Source of the DNA: Spirochaetaceae bacterium
Lineage (GTDB): Bacteria > Spirochaetota > Spirochaetia > DSM-2461
Length of the DNA: 64,000 nt
Assembly (NCBI GenBank): GCA_051531975.1
Contig: JAOPTT010000002.1
Span: 217,968 to 281,967, forward strand
Direction of reading: 5' to 3'
The position numbers and the translations under genes are program-made. The first letter of the stretch is position 1. Every line of letters begins with the position of its first letter. A model generated the notes under the pieces. It did not search any database. It was not told the DNA's origin and saw nothing but the letters and a program-made list of their open reading frames with translations. This document shows, one piece after another, positions 29,597-40,171 of the stretch.

Positions 29597-32024
29597 TGTT
29601 TATAGCCTCCACGAAGTGGTACTTTGTTAATAATTCCTGCATTGTTTCTATATCATAACTCTCTATGGAAAGATCAAATTTACTAGAAAAATTATGACAT
29701 TCTGGAATATCCTTTAATATTTTTGCTAACTTTTTCATCTCTTTTACTTTAATTATTGTTCCTGACTTGTTTGTAACTGGAAGTAGCTTTTTTACCTTTA
29801 TATAATCATCTTTATTAAGTTGTAGGATGTAACTATCTGCATTTATATTTGTATTATCAGCTATATTATATGGAATAAAATATCCAATTTTCTTTAAAAG
29901 ATTCGAAATCTTTGTTGGTTTAAATATTACATCATTAAATCCACAGTCTTTCATAACATCTATATTTCCTAGGTTTAATGATGCTGTAAAAGCTATTACT
30001 GGAGTGAACTTCAAAGTATTACACTCTCTAATCAATTTTATAGTCTTCCAACCATCTGAATTTGGCATTCTTATATCTAATAATATTAGATCAGGTTTAA
30101 TTTCCATCGCGAAATTAAAACCATCTATTCCACCTTTAGATTCTAAGACATTCAGTCCAACAATTGTTAATGCCTCTTTTACTATTGTTCTATTAAATTC
30201 TTCATCGTCTATAATCAGAACTGTGGAAGAATTAAAATGGTAATTTATAAAACCAATTTTCTCTTTATCTGGCTTCGTTAGTCTATTTTTTATTGATATT
30301 TTTTTTAATTTTACTATAAAAGAGCTACCTACACCAATATCACTTATTACTTCAATTTCCCCACCTAGAAGTTCTGTTAGACGTTTACATATAGGAAGCC
30401 CTAAACCTGAACCTGTTATTCCACTTTGGTCACCTTCCTGATGAAACTCATTAAAAATATGCGAAATAGATCTATCTGATATACCTCGACCACTATCTTT
30501 AACTTCTATAATTAGATCTGCACCATTAAAGTGGGTTTTTATCTTAATAAGACCTTCATCTGTGAATTTAATAGCGTTCCCAATTATGTTAATTAAAATT
30601 TGTCTTAACTTAGTCTCATCACTTTCTATAAAGGTTGGGGTATTTTCATCTATATCAACAATAATCTCTACTGATTTGTTTTGAGTAGCAAATAAAAATA
30701 GATGTGTTACTTCGTTTATTAAAGTTTCAAGATCAATAACTGTTAGTGTTATTTTCATTTTACCTGATTCAATTTTAGACAGATCTAAAATATTATTTAT
30801 TAGATGAAGTAGACTTTTACTGGATGTTTGTATCGCCTGAACGTAAGACTTATCTTTTTGGTCTGTTATAGTTGAAGATAACAGTTCAGAGAAACCTACA
30901 ACAGCATTAAGAGGTGTCCTTAATTCGTGACTTATATTTGCAAAAAAGTCACTTTTTGCTTTTGTCATAACTTCTACTCGATCTCTCTCTATTCTAATAC
31001 GAGTAGATTCATTTTCAATTAATTTCTGTTTTTGAGTCGTAATATCAATTCTATTTAATAACTCAATTACTCTATCTATAAGTAATCGATATATTTTTTT
31101 TGTTTCAATATTCTCCTGAAATATTAAGTCCTTTGATTCTATTCTTTTTTTGAGTTTTATTAGAATCTCTCTATAGGAATCAAAAGGATCTAATGATTCT
31201 GGTAACTGCTCATCATTTATTATAGAGAGATCGGTAACTATAGAATTTATCTCTTCTGATTCTTCTTGCAATTTTTTTAGACCATTTTTTATATTTTTTA
31301 TATAAATGTTAAAAAGAAAAATAGATAGAGTAAAAACTAAACCAATTATAATAAGTATATAAAAATGGGTACTAATGTCCCGCAGCATAAAAATGGACTG
31401 GATATCACTATGATCAACTAAAATCCTACTACTTAAAAATACTTTCCCATTCTTAAATATTACAACCCTCGGCTTCATTTGAGATCCAATATAATCATTA
31501 TGTGTACTATAAAGAACCTTCCCATATTTATCATAAAAGAGGACAATTGTATTAGAAAGAGTTGGTGGTATGAACTCTTCAGGGGGATAATTTATTATTG
31601 CATATCCACCTATATCCTTTCGAATAAAATAGGCTTTCAACCTGTTTTCTAATAAACCAGAATCTAATAATATATACTCTTCACCCTCTTTTAATTCTGA
31701 TATTTTTTTAAAAAGTGAACTATTTTGTAAACTAAAACCTTTTAATATTGCTGAATTTGATTCAATAATTACACCATTTATATCTAAATAGAAATAGTTT
31801 GACGATTGTCTTTTATTATCTGCTAAACCAATCTTAGCACTAACTGAGAGGAGATTTAGTTTGTCTTTTAGTAAATGAGACCAAGATTCTGTATCACTTT
31901 GGTGAGAGAGTTTAATTTCTCCAATCATAAATATTACACCCACTAAATACATTAAGACTATAAAGATCCATATTCGACCTAAAAGTCGAATAATATTTTT
32001 TAGTAGCCCATGAACACTCATCAT
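29589..32024 (-). CDS. Hybrid sensor histidine kinase (HisKA-HATPase-REC)
   Basis: SHELRTPL, N..GNAIKFT, DSGRG, GSGLGL, LDIRMP. Confidence 0.9.
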   Translation of the reverse strand: MMSVHGLLKNIIRLLGRIWIFIVLMYLVGVIFMIGEIKLSHQSDTESWSHLLKDKLNLLSVSAKIGLADNKRQSSNYFYLDINGVIIESNSAILKGFSLQNSSLFKKISELKEGEEYILLDSGLLENRLKAYFIRKDIGGYAIINYPPEEFIPPTLSNTIVLFYDKYGKVLYSTHNDYIGSQMKPRVVIFKNGKVFLSSRILVDHSDIQSIFMLRDISTHFYILIIIGLVFTLSIFLFNIYIKNIKNGLKKLQEESEEINSIVTDLSIINDEQLPESLDPFDSYREILIKLKKRIESKDLIFQENIETKKIYRLLIDRVIELLNRIDITTQKQKLIENESTRIRIERDRVEVMTKAKSDFFANISHELRTPLNAVVGFSELLSSTITDQKDKSYVQAIQTSSKSLLHLINNILDLSKIESGKMKITLTVIDLETLINEVTHLFLFATQNKSVEIIVDIDENTPTFIESDETKLRQILINIIGNAIKFTDEGLIKIKTHFNGADLIIEVKDSGRGISDRSISHIFNEFHQEGDQSGITGSGLGLPICKRLTELLGGEIEVISDIGVGSSFIVKLKKISIKNRLTKPDKEKIGFINYHFNSSTVLIIDDEEFNRTIVKEALTIVGLNVLESKGGIDGFNFAMEIKPDLILLDIRMPNSDGWKTIKLIRECNTLKFTPVIAFTASLNLGNIDVMKDCGFNDVIFKPTKISNLLKKIGYFIPYNIADNTNINADSYILQLNKDDYIKVKKLLPVTNKSGTIIKVKEMKKLAKILKDIPECHNFSSKFDLSIESYDIETMQELLTKYHFVEAINSV

Positions 32025-32025
32025 A

Positions 32026-33123
32026 TTAATTATCCTCAAATGTAGGAATTATAAACTTCTCTTTTAGATTTAATTCATTGTTCATGATTTCATATAAATA
32101 ATAATATTGGTTATGGGCGTCTCCAAAAGAGTCAATTCTGACCTTCCCAAAAGACCAATCGATTACTCTATTTTCACTTAGATATTTTAGTAAGTTATCT
32201 CTATTATCTCCTACCTGTTCTATAACATTATATATATATTCCATTGAGGACAGTGTTAGAGTTGATACAAAAGAAGATTTAATTCTATAGTTTTCTTCAA
32301 ACTCTATTGTTAGTTTTTCAAAATAATCCTCTTGTTTATCCCCGGAAGGCGTGATCACAATCAGGTTATTAAGAATATCTCCAGAAAAAACAGATTCTAA
32401 TTGTTGATGTCCCCAAGTTGATGTCATTCTTACAATATCTGGTAAATCATCGTATATAGGTTGCAAGTATTGCATCATTTCACAAGTTGATAATATAAAA
32501 AAGATGCCGTCTGGTCTTAGATTAATAATTTTTTGTGGATCTGGATGATCTACATCATTAAAAACTTTTATTCCTTCTCCATTAAAGTTTTTTATAAAGG
32601 CATCGGCTAGAGGTTCACTATAGGCCCTATTTTGCTCAGATAACAGCATCACTATACGTTTTAAATTGGTAGTATTAAGATACTCTGCAGGGTATTGTCC
32701 TTGAATATAATTAGAAGCAATTAGTCTATAAAAGTTGTCTTTTTTATTAGATAGTTGGACTGATGATGTCGATGGGCTAAAAAATGGAACATCTCTAATT
32801 GAATCATCATTAGCAATAACAACACCTGTTGCACTTATTGCAGCTCCTATAATTATAGAGACTCCCTCTTCATATAATTTGTGATAAGCTTCTTTTATAG
32901 ATGTCTCTTCTAGTGTTGGATTTTCTATAATAAGCTTAACTGGCCTTAAACCTATTTTAGGGTACTTATGATTATAAAATTGAACAGCAAGGTTCTCTTC
33001 ATTTCCAGTTGAAGTTTCTAATGAGAATAGAACACCTATTTTAATAGGTCGTCTTAACCATAAAATACCTGAAAGCACTACGATAAGAATTAAACTTATT
33101 ACGATTATTAACTTTTTAGACAC
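32026..33123 (-). CDS. Type I periplasmic binding protein (branched-chain amino acid binding-like)
   Basis: IKIG, IIG...S, SP...S..LS.....FYR, FD.FGD-like C-terminus. Confidence 0.72.
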   Translation of the reverse strand: MSKKLIIVISLILIVVLSGILWLRRPIKIGVLFSLETSTGNEENLAVQFYNHKYPKIGLRPVKLIIENPTLEETSIKEAYHKLYEEGVSIIIGAAISATGVVIANDDSIRDVPFFSPSTSSVQLSNKKDNFYRLIASNYIQGQYPAEYLNTTNLKRIVMLLSEQNRAYSEPLADAFIKNFNGEGIKVFNDVDHPDPQKIINLRPDGIFFILSTCEMMQYLQPIYDDLPDIVRMTSTWGHQQLESVFSGDILNNLIVITPSGDKQEDYFEKLTIEFEENYRIKSSFVSTLTLSSMEYIYNVIEQVGDNRDNLLKYLSENRVIDWSFGKVRIDSFGDAHNQYYYLYEIMNNELNLKEKFIIPTFEDN

Positions 33124-33263
33124 TTTTAGCCTCTATATATAAAGCTAAATTAAAGTGATATAAAATGCAAATTTAACAAATATAAACCCTATAAACTTGA
33201 ATAGTTATCATCTATCCGTATTTATTACGACTAAAAACAGTAATAACATGGGTAATTTTAGTA

Positions 33264-33863
33264 TTAAGTTATTATATCATTGAGAATATCCTCTAAACTA
33301 TGGCTATCTAATATTTCAATTTTACCTGCTACTTTTTTAATTATACCTTCCTGGGTCATTGCAGATAATGTCCTTGAGACAGCTTCTCTTGAGCTCCCTA
33401 TTTTATTTGCAAGAGAAGAAATTGTTGGGGATTCAATTAATTTATTACTATTATAAAGTAGTAGATATGAGATCTTCTGCTTAACAGTTTTAAGGCTTAA
33501 AATCTCAATAGTATTTGTTAAGCCAGAGACCTTATTAGAAACACATTTTAAAAATGAAAGTGTTTCTCCTTCCTGTTTTAGGTTTTTTAGTAATGATTCT
33601 AAACCAACCTCAACTACAATGGATTCTTCATTGGCAATTATCCAACCTGGATAGTTATCTCCTGAAAAAACAAGTAGATCAGCAAATAGATCTCCAGCTA
33701 TAAACTCTTTTAATACGATCTCTTTACCAGATTTTAACATACGGACTATTCGAATTGAACCTTTTTCAACTCTACCAATATATTTACATTTTTCATCCGA
33801 TGTATAAAGAACATCCCCTGGTTCAAGTTTTGAAAATTTACCATTATTAAATAGAGAATCCAT
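33264..33863 (-). CDS. Crp/Fnr-family regulator (HcpR-like)
   Basis: cNMP-binding barrel plus HTH LANKIGSSREAVSRTLS; no Fnr Cys cluster. Confidence 0.88.
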   Translation of the reverse strand: MDSLFNNGKFSKLEPGDVLYTSDEKCKYIGRVEKGSIRIVRMLKSGKEIVLKEFIAGDLFADLLVFSGDNYPGWIIANEESIVVEVGLESLLKNLKQEGETLSFLKCVSNKVSGLTNTIEILSLKTVKQKISYLLLYNSNKLIESPTISSLANKIGSSREAVSRTLSAMTQEGIIKKVAGKIEILDSHSLEDILNDIIT

Positions 33864-34177
33864 TATAGAATTTTTACAACCATTACCCTTAAGACCTTAT
33901 CTTTATTATAGTTTTCAATTCCATGGGGAATATTTTTTGGACTTTCCACTACAGAATCTTTATCTGCTCTCTCACGCTCATCCCCAATCTCTATCCATGC
34001 CTCTCCTTCTAAAATATAAAAGAATACATCCACAGGTGTAGAGTGTGTTTCAAGTTTCGCTCCAGGATTCAGTGTTAAATGCATAACTTTTAACCTTGGG
34101 TCATCGAATATTTTTTGCGCTTTAACTCCATTTATAGTTTTCATAACTTCTCCATCAAATGCTTTACTTACTTTCAT
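33863..34177 (-). CDS. Cupin domain protein
   Basis: L.PG....HS.P, ILEG, P.NIPH. Confidence 0.85.
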   Translation of the reverse strand: MKVSKAFDGEVMKTINGVKAQKIFDDPRLKVMHLTLNPGAKLETHSTPVDVFFYILEGEAWIEIGDERERADKDSVVESPKNIPHGIENYNKDKVLRVMVVKIL

Positions 34178-34832
34178 AATCATTCTCCTCATTTTTTTTT
34201 AGTATAATACAATCCATTATATTTTTATCATTAGCCTCAACTGCTAATGCAAAATCAATACAACTTAAATAACCACAAGCTCCACAATTTAAATTAGGTA
34301 AAGATGAAACTATATCCTGATTATTCTCTTCAGTTATCTCATCTCTTTTAATTAGTTTCTCTACTAAAAGGCTCATAATATATATTGCAGGAACTGTTAA
34401 AACAAAACGTATCGCTGTAAATTTTATTCCAAGAAAACTTGTTTCCACAAAAAGCATAGGTATTTTAATAACAGCCCAAGAACTTAAAATGATAACCATA
34501 TTAGAAATACTTGCACCTTTTTTAAATAGAACTAAAACTGCAGGGAAAGCTGCATATATAGGTCCAGCGGAAATAGCACCAATAAAAAATGATAATAACC
34601 TACCCTTAATACCTGACTGTTCTCCTAATCCTTTACGTATTACACTAGAGGGAACCCAGACTGTAATTAATGCTGTAATAACAAGAACAGGTGGTAAAAC
34701 CTGGATCATCTCTAATAAAAACCCTTTGGTTATGTTTATGGCATTAAAAAAAAGATCACTTCTAAAAATTAACAGACCTATATATAAAATTATAGCTATT
34801 ATTATTAATTTAAACTTCTTTATATGTTTCAT
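34164..34832 (-). CDS. DUF318-like permease with C-terminal Fe-S domain
   Basis: AGP.YAAFP, W...KIPM..E; C-terminal LP.LNCGACGY.SC.....C. Confidence 0.8.
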   Translation of the reverse strand: MKHIKKFKLIIIAIILYIGLLIFRSDLFFNAINITKGFLLEMIQVLPPVLVITALITVWVPSSVIRKGLGEQSGIKGRLLSFFIGAISAGPIYAAFPAVLVLFKKGASISNMVIILSSWAVIKIPMLFVETSFLGIKFTAIRFVLTVPAIYIMSLLVEKLIKRDEITEENNQDIVSSLPNLNCGACGYLSCIDFALAVEANDKNIMDCIILKKNEENDYESK

Positions 34833-35305
34833 AATAATAGCCCCATTCCAAATGCAATGATTAAAGCCATAGCAAAACTAATAACATTCCTAATAAGTGT
34901 AAACTTAATACCAAAATGCTTGATTTCAATTGGAAACGTTGCTACTCCTACCATGGTTAATGTTGTTAAAAAAGAGGCTATAGCTACTAAATGAGCTCCA
35001 CTTATATAAAGTGATTTTGAGAGAGGGAAAGCAATAAAGGCAGGCATTATTGTTATTGTCCCAATAATTGCTCCATATATAGAACTGAGTAATTTACTAC
35101 TGCTACCTAGTAGATTTTTTATTAAATCCGGTGGTAATAGTGCTAAAATAAAACCAACTATTGCCATTACACCTAAAATTTCAACAAAAGTATTGATAAA
35201 CATTCCTTTTGCAAATTTAACTGCTTGCCTTGTTTTAGATCTACTTTTTGTAATAGAAAACAAAAGAAAAGACAAAGCTATTATTATCATTATTACCGTC
35301 GTCAT
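34829..35305 (-). CDS. DUF318-like permease subunit
   Basis: G.I...P.FIAFPL, TL.MVG..T.P.E...FG.KF...RN. Confidence 0.8.
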   Translation of the reverse strand: MTTVIMIIIALSFLLFSITKSRSKTRQAVKFAKGMFINTFVEILGVMAIVGFILALLPPDLIKNLLGSSSKLLSSIYGAIIGTITIMPAFIAFPLSKSLYISGAHLVAIASFLTTLTMVGVATFPIEIKHFGIKFTLIRNVISFAMALIIAFGMGLLL

Positions 35306-35347
35306 ATATACCCTCTATTTAATAATAGATTAAGTTATACTAACAGT

Positions 35348-35365
35348 CTGTGATAATTATCACAT
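35348..35365 (-). promoter_or_regulatory. Crp/Fnr-family binding box
   Basis: Perfect TGTGA-taatta-TCACA, centred at -41.5 relative to a TATTAT -10 (35327-35322). Confidence 0.78.
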
Positions 35366-35377
35366 TTTTTAATTTTA

Positions 35378-37027
35378 TTATATCTTAGGTAGGTAACTAA
35401 AACTAGAAAACTCCGCCCATTTCTTTTGTCTATCAAAATCGTGGGCTGTCATACCAACAAATGTTCCATCAAAAGCACCTGGCCCACTATTTGTAAATTC
35501 ATCTGATAAAACTGTACTATCCATATCAAATCCTACTCTTTTAAAATCAATAGCATTATTAGAGAAATAGAAACTAATTGTAGATCCTGATAATGATATT
35601 TTTAAAGTTATCTCTCCAGAATATGGCAAAACTGTTCGTGCCTCTTCATGTTTTTCCCCATTTAAACTAACCATAAGACCTAATGCTGGGGATTTTAAAG
35701 TTTCGCTATAATAATAACGTAGATAGTAGAATGTCATACTTCCTGTTTGTATAACTAGACCTGCCATTTGTCTGCAGTTTTCTGGTTCAAAATCCATTGT
35801 TGTCAAAATATCACAGTGTAAATGTTGGACCCTTCTAGAAACTAAAGATAGATCATGGGCTGAATATGGAGAGTTTCGTCCCCTTAGGCTTAATACTCCA
35901 ACTTTATTACTTAAACTACACCAACTTTCATCTAATATATTTTTTAAGGAATAGAAGTTTTCTGGTAGTTTTTTCATGTTAAAATTTACAGTACCTGGTT
36001 CTGTTACATCAATATATTCACCTTCAGAATGATTAAAAGATACATGCTTTTTAGGCTTAGAATCTCCAGAAATAAGAATAGGCCAATCATTAACCCATTC
36101 AATTTTTTGGATACTAGTTTCCCTATTTAATACACATCTCATCTGGGGCATTATAGGTTGGGCTGAGAGATGAAATAAGACACCTTCACCATCAACTGTA
36201 TCTATAATTGAACCATGTCCAGATTTTTGTAATTCCGCACCAGGATTATAAAATTGAGGTTTTAAAAAATCTGAATCTGGTTTTGGTTTATCTGGATCAA
36301 CATTAAGTCTAGAAGTTATTAATGGACCATTGGTGGACTCAACATATGGACCTAAAACAGATCTTGATCTAGCTATTTTTACTGCATGCCCATATCCTGT
36401 TCCCCCCTCTGCAGTCAACAAAAAGTACCAGTCATTTCTTTTGTAGAGATGTGGTCCTTCAGTACAACCAAACTTAACATTACCTGTGTATATTATTTTG
36501 GATTCAGATTTTAAACTTAAGGTTTTAATATCAAGTTCTTGAATAATAATTGGCCCTGGATGTGGATAGTTATCTCTAAACTCCCAAGCTAAGTTTAATA
36601 ACCAACTTTTACCATCATCATCATGGAAAATAGACGGATCAAAACCACTGGAGTTAAGATATGTAGGTTCTGACCATGGACCTTCTATATTATCAGCATA
36701 GACAACATAATTATTTAGATCAAAAAAAGAACTACTCAAACTTTTAACATCAGTATAAGTTAAATAGAACTTTTTTTCCTCGGAATTATAACTTATTTGT
36801 GGGGCCCATACACCAGTGGAATCTTGGTTCCCCCGTAGGTCTAGTTGGGAAAGTCTATCTAAAATATTTCTAACCAACCTCCAGTTTTTTAAGTCTGTAG
36901 AATGATAGAGACTTACACCGTTACACCAGTTAAATGTACTAGTAACAACGTAATAATCTGAACCTACTCTTAAAGCAGAAGGGTCAGCATTAAATCCTGG
37001 TAAAATTGGGTTTATAATATTTATCAT
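35378..37027 (-). CDS. GH43 beta-xylosidase/arabinofuranosidase (XynB-like)
   Basis: NPILPGFNADPS, WAP, SGFDPS, EGPH, AEGGT, GHGS; C-terminal beta-sandwich. Confidence 0.92.
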   Translation of the reverse strand: MINIINPILPGFNADPSALRVGSDYYVVTSTFNWCNGVSLYHSTDLKNWRLVRNILDRLSQLDLRGNQDSTGVWAPQISYNSEEKKFYLTYTDVKSLSSSFFDLNNYVVYADNIEGPWSEPTYLNSSGFDPSIFHDDDGKSWLLNLAWEFRDNYPHPGPIIIQELDIKTLSLKSESKIIYTGNVKFGCTEGPHLYKRNDWYFLLTAEGGTGYGHAVKIARSRSVLGPYVESTNGPLITSRLNVDPDKPKPDSDFLKPQFYNPGAELQKSGHGSIIDTVDGEGVLFHLSAQPIMPQMRCVLNRETSIQKIEWVNDWPILISGDSKPKKHVSFNHSEGEYIDVTEPGTVNFNMKKLPENFYSLKNILDESWCSLSNKVGVLSLRGRNSPYSAHDLSLVSRRVQHLHCDILTTMDFEPENCRQMAGLVIQTGSMTFYYLRYYYSETLKSPALGLMVSLNGEKHEEARTVLPYSGEITLKISLSGSTISFYFSNNAIDFKRVGFDMDSTVLSDEFTNSGPGAFDGTFVGMTAHDFDRQKKWAEFSSFSYLPKI

Positions 37028-37029
37028 AT

Positions 37030-37854
37030 TTATCCTTTAACTGCACCTGCAGTAACTCCAGCAATAATTTGTTTAGAAAATATAATATAAATTGTGATAG
37101 GAATAATGGCAATTATCATCATACATGCAAACTGTACTGCGTAATCAGCACCATATTCACCCTCAAATTTTATTATTGAAAAAGGCAGTGTTCTTTTGAC
37201 TTCGGAAGTTAAAAATGTATTGGCCATAATAAACTCATTCCAACAATTTAAAAATGCCATAATACCAACGGTTACAAATCCAGCTTTTGACATTGGTGCT
37301 ACAATTTTAATTAAGATTGTAGGTAGACCTGCACCTTCTAAATAAGCAGATTCTTCCATGGCAAATGGTATTGATTGTATAAATCCAGAGAACATCAATA
37401 CACTAAATGCTAAAAAGAAAGCTGTATACGGAATAATTAATGCAAAATGGCTATTTATCAAACCAAATTCTTTAAACCACATAAAGTTAGGTAGCAGTGT
37501 TGTATGAATTGGAATAACCATACCTAATAAAACAAAACTATATACTAAATTACTTAATTTCCACTTCATTCTTTTGCAAGCATATGAGATCGTAAATGAA
37601 ATTATGATAATTAGAACTATTGATACTGAACAGACAAAAATACTGTTAAAAAGGTATTTTAATATGTTTCCATCAACCCAGGCTCTCTGATAGTTAATCC
37701 ATTGTGGTATTTCTGGAATATCAAATAATTTTTTACCAAATAAATTACTACTTTTTTGTAAAGAGTAGTTAAAAAGCCAAATTAATGGAAATAGTTGTAG
37801 TAGTGCAATTATAGTTAAGACACTATGTAATATTATAGATTTAAACTTTTTCAT
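37030..37854 (-). CDS. Carbohydrate ABC permease
   Basis: EESAYLEGA, WNEF, G...GAVKG. Confidence 0.92.
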   Translation of the reverse strand: MKKFKSIILHSVLTIIALLQLFPLIWLFNYSLQKSSNLFGKKLFDIPEIPQWINYQRAWVDGNILKYLFNSIFVCSVSIVLIIIISFTISYACKRMKWKLSNLVYSFVLLGMVIPIHTTLLPNFMWFKEFGLINSHFALIIPYTAFFLAFSVLMFSGFIQSIPFAMEESAYLEGAGLPTILIKIVAPMSKAGFVTVGIMAFLNCWNEFIMANTFLTSEVKRTLPFSIIKFEGEYGADYAVQFACMMIIAIIPITIYIIFSKQIIAGVTAGAVKG

Positions 37855-38735
37855 TACTCTACCTCCCCTGCTAAATATTTGTTTGCTAACATAGTTAGTG
37901 TTAAAGCAATTATTACAAATACAATTGATATTGCATTTCCATAACCATATCTAGAGTACCTAAAAGCTTGTTCATATAAATGAAATGCAACAAACTGTGT
38001 TTGATTTCCAGGACCTCCACCAGTTGCTAACATTGGAATCTCCATCTGTTTTAGACAAGCAGTAATATCTATAATAATAACAGATGCAATAACTGGTAAC
38101 ATATGTGGGATAATTACGGACTTATACTTCTGAAAAGTATTTGCACCATCAACAGTGGCAGCCTCGTGTAACTCCTTTGGAACCGTGGTTAAACCTGAAT
38201 AATAAAAAAGTAGAGCCCATCCAAATCCGTGCCAAACAGTGATAAAAAGAACTGCTCCAAGTGCTGTTTTAGGATCACTTAGCCAGCTAAATTGTAATGA
38301 TTCTAAACCTATAGCCCCTAATAGTTTATTTATTAAACCATAGTTTGGGTTCATTAAACTTACCCAAAGTTTTGTTATAACAACAACTGTTAATATTGCA
38401 GGTATAAAATATATTGTCCTTAGAAACAGGGATTTTTTCTCGTTTAGTTTGTTTAAAGTAGCTGCAAGTATAAAAGCAAGTACGTTTTGTATAAAAATAG
38501 TAACTAATAAAAGAACTAGTGCATTTAATAATGATCTCCAGAATACTGGGTCTGCTGTTAATACCTCTTTATAGTTTTCAAAACCAATAAATGTTTTTGC
38601 TCCAAAACCTGACCAATCTGTAAAACTATAAAATATACTTAAAATAATTGGTGCTACTATGGCAAACATCATAATCAAGATCCCAGGACCTACTAGAAAA
38701 AGGATTGTTCGCTTATTTGTAAATAAATTCGTCAT
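37854..38735 (-). CDS. Carbohydrate ABC permease
   Basis: F.G.ENY, EAATVDGA, GGPG. Confidence 0.92.
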   Translation of the reverse strand: MTNLFTNKRTILFLVGPGILIMMFAIVAPIILSIFYSFTDWSGFGAKTFIGFENYKEVLTADPVFWRSLLNALVLLLVTIFIQNVLAFILAATLNKLNEKKSLFLRTIYFIPAILTVVVITKLWVSLMNPNYGLINKLLGAIGLESLQFSWLSDPKTALGAVLFITVWHGFGWALLFYYSGLTTVPKELHEAATVDGANTFQKYKSVIIPHMLPVIASVIIIDITACLKQMEIPMLATGGGPGNQTQFVAFHLYEQAFRYSRYGYGNAISIVFVIIALTLTMLANKYLAGEVE

Positions 38736-38746
38736 ATAAAATCCTT

Positions 38747-38771
38747 AAAAAGCCCCCTCGGACGAGGGGAC
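38747..38771 (-). terminator. Intra-operon hairpin after the SBP gene (partial terminator or mRNA stabiliser)
   Basis: cccctc-ggac-gagggg with a minus-strand U tract. Confidence 0.6.
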
Positions 38772-38779
38772 TATATCTA

Positions 38780-40075
38780 TTATTTAATTGCTTTTTGTAA
38801 AGCTGCATCCATTGCGGCACAGAACTCTTCTGGAGTAATGATTCCAATAGCTAAGTCTTTACACAGTTTCTGATTAGTCTCTTTAAATGCTGGTGTTAAC
38901 ATATCTAAAGCAGCAGCACCACTTGTAGCTTTTGCATCAGCAGCTATACCTAATAGGTCTTTTGCTACAGCTGTATCTTTAGCTGTTGGAGTTACAGCTT
39001 GTGCTGGGAAACCAGCCTGTAATTCCCATACAATATCTGCATGGATTTTTGCATATAGTTCTAAATACTCTAATGCTAAATCTTTATGTTCACTATCAGC
39101 TTTAACTATATAGTTACCACCATACCATGCAAATAGATCGTTTATACCACTCTCTTTACCCTTGGCAGTTGGGAATTTTGCAGCTCGAACATTTGCTCTG
39201 AAGTCTTCAGAGAAGTTTTCGTCGTTAGCCATACCCATTTCCCAAGCACCCATAATATACATAGCGGCTTGTTCCTGACCAAATAGGTTTCTAGCAGCTC
39301 CATAATCAGTTGTTGTTAAATCGTTTTGGAAGATACCATCGTTTAAAAAGAAATCTTGATAAGCTGTAGCAGCATCTACAAAAACTTTATCTGTAAAACT
39401 ACCTTTACCTTTTAGAACATCAGCCATAATTGAATAATCACCAGAAACTCTCCAGAAAATATTGTCAAAGGAGATACTTAAAGGCCAACCGTCTTTACCA
39501 TCGGTTACTGCAGGAATAAATCCAGCTTCAGATAATTGACCAGAGACCTCTTTCATACCTTCTAACGTTGTAGGCATTTCTAGACCTAACTTGTCAAAAA
39601 TTCCTTTATTGTAAAATACAACCCAAAGGTCTGCAGACATTGGGATACCATATAATTCACCATCGTAAATATTACCGTCTAATGCTCCTGGGATCCAAGG
39701 ATATTTTTCAAAGGATGCTTTATCTAAAGGCTCAACAATTTTACTATCAACTAGTGGTTTTAATAGAGTTGAAAAACTCCAATACTTCATTACATCTGGT
39801 AATTGGTCAGCAGTTGCATAGATCTTTATCTTTTCCTGATAAACCTGATCCTGGTAACTTTCAACTTCGAATGTAACTTCTGGGTGCAACTTCATAAACT
39901 CTTTGTTTACGGCTTCAGCTACTGCGCCCATACCTACGTTTCGATCAGGTAAATTATCACCCATTCTGATTACAACAGATTCATCTTTAACTTCGTTTTG
40001 TCCACTTGCAAAAAGAGATCCAGTTGTTACTAAAAGAATTAATAAAATTGAAAAAACATTGTGCCTACGTCTCAT
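38780..40075 (-). CDS. Carbohydrate ABC substrate-binding protein
   Basis: LFASGQNE signal peptide, LPDV, DG..YGIP, YNK.IF, AAMY.MG.W. Confidence 0.9.
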   Translation of the reverse strand: MRRRHNVFSILLILLVTTGSLFASGQNEVKDESVVIRMGDNLPDRNVGMGAVAEAVNKEFMKLHPEVTFEVESYQDQVYQEKIKIYATADQLPDVMKYWSFSTLLKPLVDSKIVEPLDKASFEKYPWIPGALDGNIYDGELYGIPMSADLWVVFYNKGIFDKLGLEMPTTLEGMKEVSGQLSEAGFIPAVTDGKDGWPLSISFDNIFWRVSGDYSIMADVLKGKGSFTDKVFVDAATAYQDFFLNDGIFQNDLTTTDYGAARNLFGQEQAAMYIMGAWEMGMANDENFSEDFRANVRAAKFPTAKGKESGINDLFAWYGGNYIVKADSEHKDLALEYLELYAKIHADIVWELQAGFPAQAVTPTAKDTAVAKDLLGIAADAKATSGAAALDMLTPAFKETNQKLCKDLAIGIITPEEFCAAMDAALQKAIK

Positions 40076-40171
40076 GGCATCCTCCTAAATTTTTGTTAAC
40101 TACAATAATGCTAACACTGGAATTTCCATAACACCATGAACCTAAATACTATTTCTTGATCATTATTATGA

